Counted from the stretch's first letter, positions 50,878 to 60,384 are shown. The stretch is 64,000 bases of DNA from Parcubacteria group bacterium (GCA_016203945.1 JACQLT010000002.1:797-64796), one strand, 5' to 3'. The notes: generated by a model from the letters alone, not told the origin. Translations and numbers: made by a program.

Positions 50878-51714
50878 TTACTCTTCTCTCGTGGAAAGTT
50901 TTTCTGGATCTTCAATGCCCTGAAGTTTCATCAACTCTGCGTTCAGGGATTCTCCGGCTTCGTGTAATCTGAGCTCTAAACCTTTTTCTCTTGCAAAATG
51001 AATGAAAGCCCGCATATCTTTTGGAAAACATTTCCCTCCGTAGCCCCGATATCCGCTATGGCGCACATCAAGATGACTCTGCCCAATGCGAGGATCAGCT
51101 CCTGCACATTCTCTGACCGCTTCATAGTCAATGCCGAGCTGCTCGCAGAGGTCTGAAAGTTGGTTTGCAAAAATCACTTTGAGGGCCAAAAATGTATTGC
51201 CAAAATATTTCACCATTTCTGCTTCCTCTGCCTTGATTATTCTTGCAAGTGGCGCGCGAGGAAGCATCTCTAAAATCTGCTGGGCCGCTCCTTGGCTTTT
51301 CTCTGTATATCCAACAATCTGTCGCAACGGATGCAGCATATCTTCCAGCGCTCTACTCTCTTGGAGGAACTCGGGGTTGTAGAGAAACGTATGGTGAGGA
51401 TATGCCTCTTGCAGCCTGGCGGTGGTGCCAGGCAGCATAGTTGATTTGAGTACGACCACTTTTTGCCCTCCTATGTTGCGGCATGCCTCCTCTACAAAAG
51501 ATAGGTCTACTTTTCCTTCTTTGGTGGAAGGGGTGGGCACACAGACAAACATTACGTCTGCCTTGTTTAGTTCTTCAAGAGAACCCATTCGCTTTGGGGG
51601 ATCATACAGCAAAGGAGTCATGCCCTCCCCTTGAAAATAGTCGGCAAGCGCCCTTCCCACGGTTCCCACGCCAATAATTCCTATGCTCACACCGTTGTTT
51701 TTCTTATGGGGCAT
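50878..51714 (-). CDS. UDP-glucose/GDP-mannose dehydrogenase-family protein lacking the C-terminal domain
   Basis: IGIIGVGTVGRAL, NPEFLQESRALEDMLHP, catalytic-Cys context GYGGKCFPKD. Only 278 aa. Confidence 0.7.
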   Translation of the reverse strand: MPHKKNNGVSIGIIGVGTVGRALADYFQGEGMTPLLYDPPKRMGSLEELNKADVMFVCVPTPSTKEGKVDLSFVEEACRNIGGQKVVVLKSTMLPGTTARLQEAYPHHTFLYNPEFLQESRALEDMLHPLRQIVGYTEKSQGAAQQILEMLPRAPLARIIKAEEAEMVKYFGNTFLALKVIFANQLSDLCEQLGIDYEAVRECAGADPRIGQSHLDVRHSGYRGYGGKCFPKDMRAFIHFAREKGLELRLHEAGESLNAELMKLQGIEDPEKLSTREE

Positions 51715-52624
51715 AGTGCTTCAAAAACCATTTTTTTGTTCTCTCCACCCCCTCTGCAAAAGAAACTTTCGGCTCCCATGCGAGATACGCTTTTGCGAGT
51801 TTCAAATCCGCCCTCGTGTGTTCTACGTCTCCTGCTCTTTTGGGCAGATACATCTTGGGGCCTCCCAGCAAATTCACGAGCTCATTCACAGAATGAGAAT
51901 CGGCCGCGCCGACATTCACTATCTCCCCTCCCTTCAAGGTCTTCGCTGTCATTGCTTTGATGGTTGCCTCTACAACATCATCCACATAGCAAAAAGCCCT
52001 CGTCTGTGTCCCGTCTCCGAAAACGCTAAGAGGCTTTCCTTCCCTGCGCATCCTGAGAAATTTTCCAATCACCAAGCTGTAGTCAGAATCAAAATCAATG
52101 CGGGGGCCGTACACGTTGAAATACCGGAGAGAAATCACCGGCAGTCCATACAGAGAAGAAAACATCTTTGCCCACTGCTCTCCTACCCATTTCTGAAGGC
52201 CGTATGGACTCACGGGATGAGGCATCATGTTTTCTCTCAGAGGAAGGGTTTTCTGGTCTCCATACACGGAAGAGGAAGAGGCAAAAACAATCCGCTTGAC
52301 TTTCGCATCAAGCGCTGCTTTGAAAACACAGAGTGTGCCTGCAATATTTACCTCAGAAGTGCCGATGGGATCCGCGACAGAAAGCGGAACCCGAGGAAGA
52401 GCGGCTAGATGAAAGATACCTGATGGTTTTTCCTTTCGGAACACCCGGGATACAAAAGCGAGATTTCTGATATCGCCCCGCACAAAGACCGCTTGTTTGT
52501 TGACATTTTTTTTTCTGCCGGTAGAGAGATTATCCAGAACCACCACCCGGTGCTTCTTTTGAATAAGGCGGTCGGTCAAATGAGAGCCGATAAATCCTGC
52601 TCCGCCCGTCACAAGTACTTTCAT
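51704..52624 (-). CDS. NAD-dependent sugar epimerase/dehydratase (SDR)
   Basis: VLVTGGAGFIGSHL, SPYGLQK (YxxxK). Confidence 0.88.
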   Translation of the reverse strand: MKVLVTGGAGFIGSHLTDRLIQKKHRVVVLDNLSTGRKKNVNKQAVFVRGDIRNLAFVSRVFRKEKPSGIFHLAALPRVPLSVADPIGTSEVNIAGTLCVFKAALDAKVKRIVFASSSSVYGDQKTLPLRENMMPHPVSPYGLQKWVGEQWAKMFSSLYGLPVISLRYFNVYGPRIDFDSDYSLVIGKFLRMRREGKPLSVFGDGTQTRAFCYVDDVVEATIKAMTAKTLKGGEIVNVGAADSHSVNELVNLLGGPKMYLPKRAGDVEHTRADLKLAKAYLAWEPKVSFAEGVERTKKWFLKHYAP

Positions 52625-52632
52625 ACCCGTCT

Positions 52633-52661
52633 ATAATGGAGCAGGAACGTAAAAAAGTCAA
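52633..52661 (-). promoter_or_regulatory. internal promoter TTGACT-N17-CATTAT, 8 nt from ATG 52624
   Basis: rc of 52656-52661 = TTGACT and rc of 52633-52638 = CATTAT. Confidence 0.4.
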
Positions 52662-52673
52662 CCGCTCTTTCCT

Positions 52674-54104
52674 TTAAAATGAGGTGCCAGAAGGCCAATA
52701 GCGATCTTCTAGAAAGCCAAAGTTCGTACTAAAGTACAGGTCAAAGAGGAAGCGGAAGGTGTTCACCGCGCTCCAGGATTCTGGAGGGACTTCGCTTTTT
52801 CCAGGAAGCAGGAATGCTGAAAAGTTCCTCAGTTGGAGCTTTGCACGTTCCTCGTCATTCTCCACCCACTCTTTGGGCAGATGCACCCCGTGATCTGATT
52901 GAATAACGACTATGGGAGGCGTGGAACCCGCAGCCGCAAGAATGGTATCCACCGCTTCCTTGAACTTCTTGTCGGCAAACTTGAGCTGCCCCAAGTAGAG
53001 CTCCATGTCGCGGGGAGTATCCTTCTGCCCCGGATTGTTGCCAATGTACTCTCCGTTCTCTCCGAACACATAGGGTATGTGAGGAATGAGGATGTGGACA
53101 ATGACAAACTTGGGGCCAGGGAGTTTTGTTGCTTTCTCAATGTCGGAAAATGCGTTCAGCACTTTGGTCCGGGGATTCATAAGGGGCCCCAATGCGGTCA
53201 TGCTTTGTACGATGCGATGGAAATCGCTGCTGGTGAAGCGCACGTCGGCCTCTTCTCCTGTTATTACAGAGGAGCCAGAACCTACAAATACGAATTTGTA
53301 CCCTCGCTCTTTCAAAAAACTTGCCGCCTTGTTCTGTTCGGCGAGTTGCCTTGTGTAGGAAAGGTCGCTGGAAGAGAGATACTCCATGTTGAAGGTAGAG
53401 GGTAGGGAGAATCTCGTGGAAGGATAGTTGCTCAAACTATTCTCCACAATATGGAATCCTCTGCTCTCAAGCTCTTCACGGAAAGCGCTATCGTCATATC
53501 CGAAGAACTCAGAGAGTATCTCGGAGTTCGCGCGGCCGTCAGGAATGAGGTAGTAAATGTCGGGAAGAGCTGCCTCGGCGCTCAAAGGCGCGGACGGCAG
53601 AGTTTGCGAGGAAATATCTTGACGGTAAGTAAACTCATACGCAACCAGGTTCCCGATCGGAAGAAGCAAGAGCAGAATAAGCGCAAACGAAAGAGGTTTT
53701 GAAATAGGGCGCAAGGTAGCTCGCCATTTCAAGGAAACAAGAAGCAAAACTCCCCACAAGAACGCCCAGAGAACTATAAGGGTTCTATTTCGCGAAAACT
53801 CTCGCAAAAATGCGCCCTCCTTGGCAAACAAGCCAAAAAGAGATTCATAAAAAAATCCATAGTACCAAAAAGCGCATATAAACAAAGAGGCAAGAAGAGA
53901 GGCGCTACATATCTCTCTTTTCAATATATGCGCAAAAAAGAAAAATGCGATAAGCGCGCTTGCGCCGGCAGCAAGCAGAGGAAACCAAAGCTCTCCGTAC
54001 AAAAGTTCCTGGCGATTGTGGCTAAAAAGAAAGAGGACCGGAAAAAGGGCCAGAGCAAGTGGCGGAAAGAGCGCTGAGAGGATAGAACGGAACTTTATAT
54101 TCAT
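52674..54104 (-). CDS. polytopic membrane protein with C-terminal alkaline-phosphatase-superfamily (sulfatase/LtaS-like) domain
   Basis: Multi-TM N-terminal half. C-terminal PDIYYLIPDG..., FVIVHILIPHIPY, VVIQSDHG. Confidence 0.7.
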   Translation of the reverse strand: MNIKFRSILSALFPPLALALFPVLFLFSHNRQELLYGELWFPLLAAGASALIAFFFFAHILKREICSASLLASLFICAFWYYGFFYESLFGLFAKEGAFLREFSRNRTLIVLWAFLWGVLLLVSLKWRATLRPISKPLSFALILLLLLPIGNLVAYEFTYRQDISSQTLPSAPLSAEAALPDIYYLIPDGRANSEILSEFFGYDDSAFREELESRGFHIVENSLSNYPSTRFSLPSTFNMEYLSSSDLSYTRQLAEQNKAASFLKERGYKFVFVGSGSSVITGEEADVRFTSSDFHRIVQSMTALGPLMNPRTKVLNAFSDIEKATKLPGPKFVIVHILIPHIPYVFGENGEYIGNNPGQKDTPRDMELYLGQLKFADKKFKEAVDTILAAAGSTPPIVVIQSDHGVHLPKEWVENDEERAKLQLRNFSAFLLPGKSEVPPESWSAVNTFRFLFDLYFSTNFGFLEDRYWPSGTSF

Positions 54105-55480
54105 ATTTTTTTCATAAGATAGAGGATGCGGTGGGAATCAATAACCTGCTCTTGGCGAATGATGCGAAAGAATTGTGAAAATGCTTCTTCAAAATGCTCC
54201 TTGGTATAAGAAGGAAAGATATCATCCCTTGAGCGAAGCAGGAACTGCGCGTTTGAATCTTCCTTTGGCACAAACTCAATGACCAAGGCGGAACAAATGC
54301 GAGAGAGAAACTTTGCAATTTCCCCAAAGGGAACATTGTTGGAAATGGCAAGATGGTGCAAAAGGGCCAAGGCAAACACCATATCGGCAGGGCCGCGCTC
54401 TGCCAAAGACATCCGTTCTTCTCCTGCCCAGCCCAGAGACGAGCTTGGGTTGGTAAAATCCATAAGCAGAGGCAAAAGATTCGTCTCTTTGCGCATTTTC
54501 ACCTCATGCCAATTCTTCTCAACGGTTTCGTGGTCAATATCAAAGGCAACGGTGGAGACCCCGTTTCCAGACGCAATTCTGCTGAACACCCCGGTATTTG
54601 CCCCCAGATCCCAGACCGTCTTTGGAGAAATTTCCTCCACTACCGCTTTTATAAAGTCCTTCTTTGCCTGAAATGCCTGACTAGAATAGTTTGTTTCTCC
54701 GTAGTATTCCCCCCATTCGCTCCTTTTGCTGCTCAACTTCAAGCCCTCCACTGCGTCTTTCAAGCTTTCTAAAAACGCGGCGAGCTGAGCTTTGGAAAGC
54801 CGAGGAGTTTTTTTCTTCTCTGCTCCCTTTTCGTATCGTTTTTGAAAAGCGGCATGAATGCGAAGATGCGAAAGAAGAGAGGGTTTAAAATTGCTGGAAA
54901 ACGGCAAAAGGGAACTGGCCAGGTCCAAGGGAATGCCGTCAATAAAAACTCTCATGAGCTGACTTAATCTCACGTCTCTCTCGCTCATCAGGGCCAAGGG
55001 GGCCAAAAAATGACGGCAGAACTGGCCGTAGGCAACCCACGGTGTTCCCTCCTTATGGAAGTCAAAGGAAAGGGTGTCTATGAACATCGCCTTTCCCTTG
55101 AAAAACTGAATGTTGTAGCAGCTCGCGTCTTTGAGCGTCATGCCAAACCGCAATGCAATCTTCTGCACGGCCAGCGTGGCAAGGGCAGCTGCCTTGAGCT
55201 GGCTGAAACACCATTCGTAAGGATACGAGATGAACGGAATAACCCGCGGCTTGAGAATCTTATACGCTCCTTGCATGCGTTGCAGCGCTTCTCTCAATTC
55301 TTCATGGGGCAAGAGAAGGTTTTTTCCGACCAGAGCCTCGTACAAACCAGAGCTCATAAGATGATCGTACTGCGCTTTATAGGCAGGAGCTACCATGCGA
55401 TAGGGCTCTCCCTTTTCATAAAAAAGAAAGCCGCTGGGATCTCGAAAGCTTCCTTTATCTCTCGAGTTGATCGTTGTCAT
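54101..55480 (-). CDS. two-domain class I SAM-dependent methyltransferase
   Basis: C-terminal VWDLGANTGVFSRIAS (motif I) and LALLHHL. The N-terminal ~270 aa belong to an unassigned domain (GSFRDPSGFLF). ATG 55480 is preferred. Confidence 0.7.
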   Translation of the reverse strand: MTTINSRDKGSFRDPSGFLFYEKGEPYRMVAPAYKAQYDHLMSSGLYEALVGKNLLLPHEELREALQRMQGAYKILKPRVIPFISYPYEWCFSQLKAAALATLAVQKIALRFGMTLKDASCYNIQFFKGKAMFIDTLSFDFHKEGTPWVAYGQFCRHFLAPLALMSERDVRLSQLMRVFIDGIPLDLASSLLPFSSNFKPSLLSHLRIHAAFQKRYEKGAEKKKTPRLSKAQLAAFLESLKDAVEGLKLSSKRSEWGEYYGETNYSSQAFQAKKDFIKAVVEEISPKTVWDLGANTGVFSRIASGNGVSTVAFDIDHETVEKNWHEVKMRKETNLLPLLMDFTNPSSSLGWAGEERMSLAERGPADMVFALALLHHLAISNNVPFGEIAKFLSRICSALVIEFVPKEDSNAQFLLRSRDDIFPSYTKEHFEEAFSQFFRIIRQEQVIDSHRILYLMKKI

Positions 55481-55706
55481 CGCGCTTTCTCCTAAACATT
55501 CCGAAAATCTTTCTCCAATAGATTTTGAGCATATAGAGAGCGCCCGCAAACGTCGCTATGACAACCTGCACCACCATGCTCCCCGTCCCAGGATCAAGAT
55601 ATGCCTCGGCCCAGGCAGGCAAAAGGATGAGGGTGAGGAGGAACGAAAGGAAAGAAAATATACGCATAGAATACATCATAGTATCACTCTTTTGAAATAG
55701 GGGCAA
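55455..55706 (-). CDS. small membrane protein with YLDPGTGS motif
   Basis: Two hydrophobic helices and a basic tail. Start uncertain (several Met in the first 14 codons). Confidence 0.45.
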   Translation of the reverse strand: MPLFQKSDTMMYSMRIFSFLSFLLTLILLPAWAEAYLDPGTGSMVVQVVIATFAGALYMLKIYWRKIFGMFRRKRDDNDQLER

Positions 55707-55709
55707 CTG

Positions 55710-57097
55710 TTATTGGGTGGACAATTGATCTTCAAGAAAAGGATAGCACTGATCTTCAAGAAATCCAAAGTTGGTGTCAAAGTAGAGGTCAAAGAGAAAA
55801 CGGAAGGTGTTCACCGCGCTCATGTCAGAGGGAAGAGCAGCATCTTTTCCGGGAAGATAGTATGCCCCAAAGTTTCGTAATTTTCTCCGTGCGCAACCTT
55901 CCCGGATCTTGAACCCTTCCACATACGTTGTTCCATGATCTGACTGGATAATCACCACCGGGGGTGCTGAACCTGAGGCCGCAAATATTTTTTCTACCGC
56001 CTCCATGAGCTTTTTATTCGTAAACTTGAGTTGCTCAAGATATGACGAATCAATAGCTTCTCCGTTCTCGCCAAAAATAAATGGCGCGTGAGGAACTAAA
56101 ATATGCGCCATCACGAACTTTGGACCCTCAATCTTTGCCGCCTTTTCTATGTCGGAAAACGCACCCAGTATTCTGCCCCGGTGATCAATAACATGGCCAA
56201 GTACGGTTATGCTCTGCACGATGCGGTAGAAATCATTATTCGTGAAGTTAATGTCTGCCTCCTCTCCTGTCATCATACTGGAACCCGACCCTATAAATAT
56301 GAACTTGTACCCTTGTTCTTTGAGAAACCTTATAACCTTGTTATTTTCGGCAAGCTCTCTCGTATTTTCAAAATCGCTGGAAGAAAGATACTCCATGTTG
56401 AGAGTAGAAGACAAGGAAAGGTGTGTAGCGGTGTAGTTGCTCCTACTGTTTGTAACCACTTGAAAGCCGCGAGAACGCAGATACCCAAGAAATTCCGCGT
56501 TGTCATATTCAAGAAATCGCTTGAGAGCTTCGGAATTTGCATAAGCATCGGGAACGATGTAGTAAATGTCGGGCAGCGCCCCCCCTCAGAGGACGAGGAG
56601 AGAAGCGTATGTTCCGGAGATATCCGGCGGTGAGTAAGTTCATACGCCGCTAAGTTTCCAATCTGCAGAAGTAAAAGAACTCCAAGGGTGAAAGATAGGG
56701 GTTTTAGAATTTTATGCCAATGGGTTTTTAATCTGACAGCGACAAGAAATATAGCTCCCCATACAAAACCCCAGACCAATAGAGATGTTCTTTGACGCGG
56801 AAAATCCCGCCAGAAAACTCCTTCGACGTCAAATAACCCGGAAAGTCTTACGTAAAAAAATCCATAGTACCAAAAAGCGCACATGAGGAGAGAGGCAACA
56901 AGAGATGCGAAAAACACATCTCTGGTAAAAATCCTCGCCAGGAAAAATACGGCAAGGGCGCCAGCTGCACTCAAAAAGAGGGGAAGCCAGAGCTCTTGGC
57001 GCAAAAGCTCCTGGCGATTGTGGCTGAAAAGAAAAAGAACTGGGAATACGGATATGGCAAGACAGGGGAAGAAAGCTATAAGCGTCTGTTTCTTCAT
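55710..57097 (-). pseudogene. frameshifted paralogue of the 52674-54104 membrane transferase
   Basis: ORFs 56330..57097 and 55710..56459 align to the N- and C-terminal halves of the 476-aa protein. The frames meet at a G7 run (C7 on plus, 56579-56585). Confidence 0.8.
56579..56585 (-). repeat. homopolymeric G7 tract at the frameshift point
   Basis: TCT GAG GGG GGG CGC as sequenced. G8 (or G5) would read ...SEGGALPDIYYIVPD, matching ...AEAALPDIYYLIPD of the paralogue. Confidence 0.85.
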
Positions 57098-58419
57098 GTT
57101 TTTCCTATGGTATCGCGAACCCTCAGCGCGAGTAAAGAAAGAAGCGCAAGGAACGCGGGGATGCGAATACGCATATACACTCCAAAATTGCTTACGATGA
57201 ACAACGAAAGAAGCCCGAGGAGGCCGATCCCGAAGAGCACCACCGGAAGCATCATTCTCCAGCGCTTATGAGAAACAACAACGCCCTTGGCAATGAAGAA
57301 AAAGAGGGCATACCACCACATCGTTTCTCCAAGAGTCAGCCAATGACGAGGATACTGGAACTGCCACGGGAAGGGCCCGAAGGAAACAACAAGAAACGAG
57401 CGTATGGAGTTGAAAAGAAAGCTCAAGGGATTTTCGGTCCCGGCTTGTACCACCACCGTAGAACCGCGACCCCTGGGCAGCTCCTGGGGCTGGGAAGGGG
57501 GCCGTTCAGGCTCTGAAGAGCCTTCAGGCTCGATGAGTTGAGGCTGTTGAGGTTGAGATATACTTGGCGCATAGGCTACCTCCCGATACAAGCGAATGAC
57601 GCTGGGCCTGAGGAAGTGAGCAGCGGTGGAAAGTCCGTAGTACCCATGCCCGGACAATTGGGGCAAAAATCCCAGCAAGGGCACAATGACAAGGGCGCAT
57701 ACTGCCTTGCGCTTCCTTGGCATGCGCAGAAGAAAGGCAAATGAAATGAGAAAGACCAAGAGCGCGACAAATCCGATATAAAAGCGAAAGTGAATAAGGA
57801 GGGCCAACACGCCGTACAGCGCAAAAAATGTCTTCCAAGAGAAACGTCCAAGAAATCGCAGGGTGAGCCAGAGGGAAAAAAGCGCAAGAAACGCAACAAG
57901 GCTCTCCCGCAAGAGCAAGCTTCCAAAATACAGCAGGCTGGGATAGAGCGCCGCAGCAACCCCTGCCCCCATTGCGAGAGTAGGAGAAGCTCCCAACTCC
58001 TTTGCGATGAGATATACAAGGATCACCGCGAGAACGGCAAACCATACGCTAAGCATAATACCAATAAGTTCTTCTCCTATCGTGAGCGCATAGGCAGCTC
58101 CCAGTACTGCGGGATACCAATGAGGAGCGCCTGTCTGCTTCACATGCCCTTGTATGGCAGAGAAAGAAAAGTTCCCTTCCCGAAAATCCTGTGCGATCGC
58201 AACGGCTGTATCGTGATAAATAGGGCTGTCTCCTCTTCCTCCTCCGAAGGGATAGAACTGGGTATAGAAAATCACAAAGGCTGCTGCAGCATGCAGGGTT
58301 AAAGCAAAGAAAAAGAGAAGGAGAACCTGTTTGGACGCAATCTTTGTTCTTTTGAGTACGAGCAGGGTGCCTGCCGTCAGAAGCGCAAGAAAAGCGATGC
58401 TCACCAAAAATGTCGCCAT
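57094..58419 (-). CDS. polytopic membrane protein, GT-C-like glycosyltransferase or glycan polymerase candidate
   Basis: At least 10 TM helices, GGRGDSPIYHDTA in the first loop, and a P/Q/E-rich loop (SQPQQPQLIEPEGSSEPERPPSQPQ). Family not firmly recognised. Confidence 0.55.
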   Translation of the reverse strand: MATFLVSIAFLALLTAGTLLVLKRTKIASKQVLLLFFFALTLHAAAAFVIFYTQFYPFGGGRGDSPIYHDTAVAIAQDFREGNFSFSAIQGHVKQTGAPHWYPAVLGAAYALTIGEELIGIMLSVWFAVLAVILVYLIAKELGASPTLAMGAGVAAALYPSLLYFGSLLLRESLVAFLALFSLWLTLRFLGRFSWKTFFALYGVLALLIHFRFYIGFVALLVFLISFAFLLRMPRKRKAVCALVIVPLLGFLPQLSGHGYYGLSTAAHFLRPSVIRLYREVAYAPSISQPQQPQLIEPEGSSEPERPPSQPQELPRGRGSTVVVQAGTENPLSFLFNSIRSFLVVSFGPFPWQFQYPRHWLTLGETMWWYALFFFIAKGVVVSHKRWRMMLPVVLFGIGLLGLLSLFIVSNFGVYMRIRIPAFLALLSLLALRVRDTIGKT

Positions 58420-58429
58420 AAAGATGCTG

Positions 58430-59428
58430 TTATTTGCTGATCACTTCTTGAATAACCGCCTGCCACTCACGCTGCAACTTCCCTAAAGAAAACTGGCGGA
58501 CAAACTTGTATCCTCTTTCCCCCTGCGCTTTCTTTGCTTCGGGATGAGAAAGAAGATATTCAACCTTTTGCTTCAATGCTCCGAAATCGTCGCATATCGT
58601 CTGGCCCGAGCTCTCAAGGAGCTCCTGCATTGCGGCAATAGACGTGCCGATCACCGGCGTCTTAAATAACATCGCCTCGCAAGCCGTCATATCCCAGCCC
58701 GTGCGAAAGCGGGTCATGAATACCGCAACATCCGTTGCCTTGAGAAGGCAGAGAAAATTTCTTCTTGTGAGATTCAAATTGCGGGCCGGGATCTTTACTA
58801 ATTCTTCCCCTGAAGTAACGAGGTAGACATCCAAATCTTTCAAGGCCTCGTACGCCTCCACCACTCCTTTCTCCCGCTCGCAGTTGCCCAGGTACACAAT
58901 GGGCTTCCCTTCCAGCTGGAACTCTTTTTTGAATCTCTCCACTTCTTCATCAGATACGCGGTATTCTTCTACGGGAAAGCAGTTGTAAATCTTATATACC
59001 CTGGCAAAACCCCGCTCCCGAAAATGCCGTTCCCAATACCGAGAAATGACCACGACCGCATCTGCTCCGCGGAGATTAGAGTAGATATATCCTTCCAGCA
59101 AACGGTACATTGTGCGCGCCCACCACGGCCATACCGAAGGATCAATATGATGGATGAGAAAAATATTTTTCTTTCTCGTCCACAAGGGAACAATGCCTGC
59201 CATGATAAAGTCGCGAATCCACACATCTCTTGGTTTCTTGAACCAAAGAGAAATCAATCCCAGAGCCCATAAGACGGGCTTGAGAGCCTTTACATCAATG
59301 CTGTGAAAGGAGACGTCTTGCAATTCCACCTCAAAAAAGGGGGAGAGTTTCTCTCTGACCCACGCTCCGTATTGAAATCCTCCTGAACGCTTGCGAGAAA
59401 GCGTTATCCAGGCAAGGCGCGGCTTCAT
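58430..59428 (-). CDS. glycosyltransferase (GT-B fold, GT4-like)
   Basis: C-terminal TACEAMLFKTPVIGTSIAAMQELL. Weak N-terminal similarity. Confidence 0.6.
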   Translation of the reverse strand: MKPRLAWITLSRKRSGGFQYGAWVREKLSPFFEVELQDVSFHSIDVKALKPVLWALGLISLWFKKPRDVWIRDFIMAGIVPLWTRKKNIFLIHHIDPSVWPWWARTMYRLLEGYIYSNLRGADAVVVISRYWERHFRERGFARVYKIYNCFPVEEYRVSDEEVERFKKEFQLEGKPIVYLGNCEREKGVVEAYEALKDLDVYLVTSGEELVKIPARNLNLTRRNFLCLLKATDVAVFMTRFRTGWDMTACEAMLFKTPVIGTSIAAMQELLESSGQTICDDFGALKQKVEYLLSHPEAKKAQGERGYKFVRQFSLGKLQREWQAVIQEVISK

Positions 59429-60384
59429 TGGAGTAAATAATCAACTACTTTTTTTATCCCCTCTTCTAAGGAAACTTTTGCCTGATAGTGCTCTTTCATT
59501 CTTGTAATGTCCGCAAAACGGGATTTCACTCCTTCGGGTTTGTCTTCAAGATTCTTGATTGCAGGACTATATCCCGCGTATCTTGCAGCAAGTTCTGCCA
59601 CGTCTCTGAATGTGTTGGAAACACCCCTTCCCAAGTTCATCGTCTCGTATCCCCGCAATTTCGGAAGGTAGGAAATAATGGCTTCCACGATATCGTCAAC
59701 ATAGATAAAATCGCGCGTCTGTTTTCCGCTTCCCCATATAACCAGAGGGTCTTCTTTGTTCGCCGCGCGAGCACAAATGGCAGGCACAGGATAGCTTGGG
59801 TCCTGATCTTCCCCGTATCCCGAGAAGGGACGAGGGCAGAATACGTTCAAATCGTAGTGCTTCGCAAAGGTAGAGGCGAGAAATTCACCGCTCAATTTAC
59901 TCCAGCCGTATACGAGATCTGGCATTCCGAATCTGGAGCAAAGAGCTTGAAGATCGACAAGGTCCTCTTTCAAGGCAATACCCTTTTCTTCGCCGTCTTG
60001 AAGATCAATGGGATATATGGCGGGAGAACTCATATAGACAATTTGCTTTGGCTTGTGCTGGGTAGCCCATCTGAAAAACAAAGCGTCTAATTCCAAAGAG
60101 TGGGCGTTCAGCGCCGGTTTCCCTTCCATTACCGCCCTTCCTCCCACTACTGCCGCAAGATGTATGACAAGATCATACTGCTGCTTCTCATTTTTTAGAT
60201 AATCTCTTATGTCTGCCTGCACAAAATGAACGGGGGCTTTCAGGTGCAAAGGCCACTGGTCGGGATGCAGCCCTGTGCTCAGGTCGTCCACCAAGACAAT
60301 ATCGCAGCTGCGTTCTGCAAGATATCGCGCAAAGTGCCTGCCCAAAAATCCGCATCCGCCCGTAATAAGCACTCGCTGTTTCAT
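59425..60384 (-). CDS. NAD-dependent sugar epimerase/dehydratase (SDR)
   Basis: VLITGGCGFLGRHFARYL, YGWSKLSGE (YxxxK). ATG 60384 is preferred. Confidence 0.85.
   Translation of the reverse strand: MKQRVLITGGCGFLGRHFARYLAERSCDIVLVDDLSTGLHPDQWPLHLKAPVHFVQADIRDYLKNEKQQYDLVIHLAAVVGGRAVMEGKPALNAHSLELDALFFRWATQHKPKQIVYMSSPAIYPIDLQDGEEKGIALKEDLVDLQALCSRFGMPDLVYGWSKLSGEFLASTFAKHYDLNVFCPRPFSGYGEDQDPSYPVPAICARAANKEDPLVIWGSGKQTRDFIYVDDIVEAIISYLPKLRGYETMNLGRGVSNTFRDVAELAARYAGYSPAIKNLEDKPEGVKSRFADITRMKEHYQAKVSLEEGIKKVVDYLLQ

Noticed and set aside
57503-57535. Small palindromic segment (ttcaggctc repeated around gaagagcc), translated as EPEGSSEPE, in a loop of the GT-C-like protein
   Set aside because: It may be another in-frame palindromic insertion. 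It is short, unique in the window and unrelated in sequence to the CCGAAGC..AGCGA family, so it is not enough to call.
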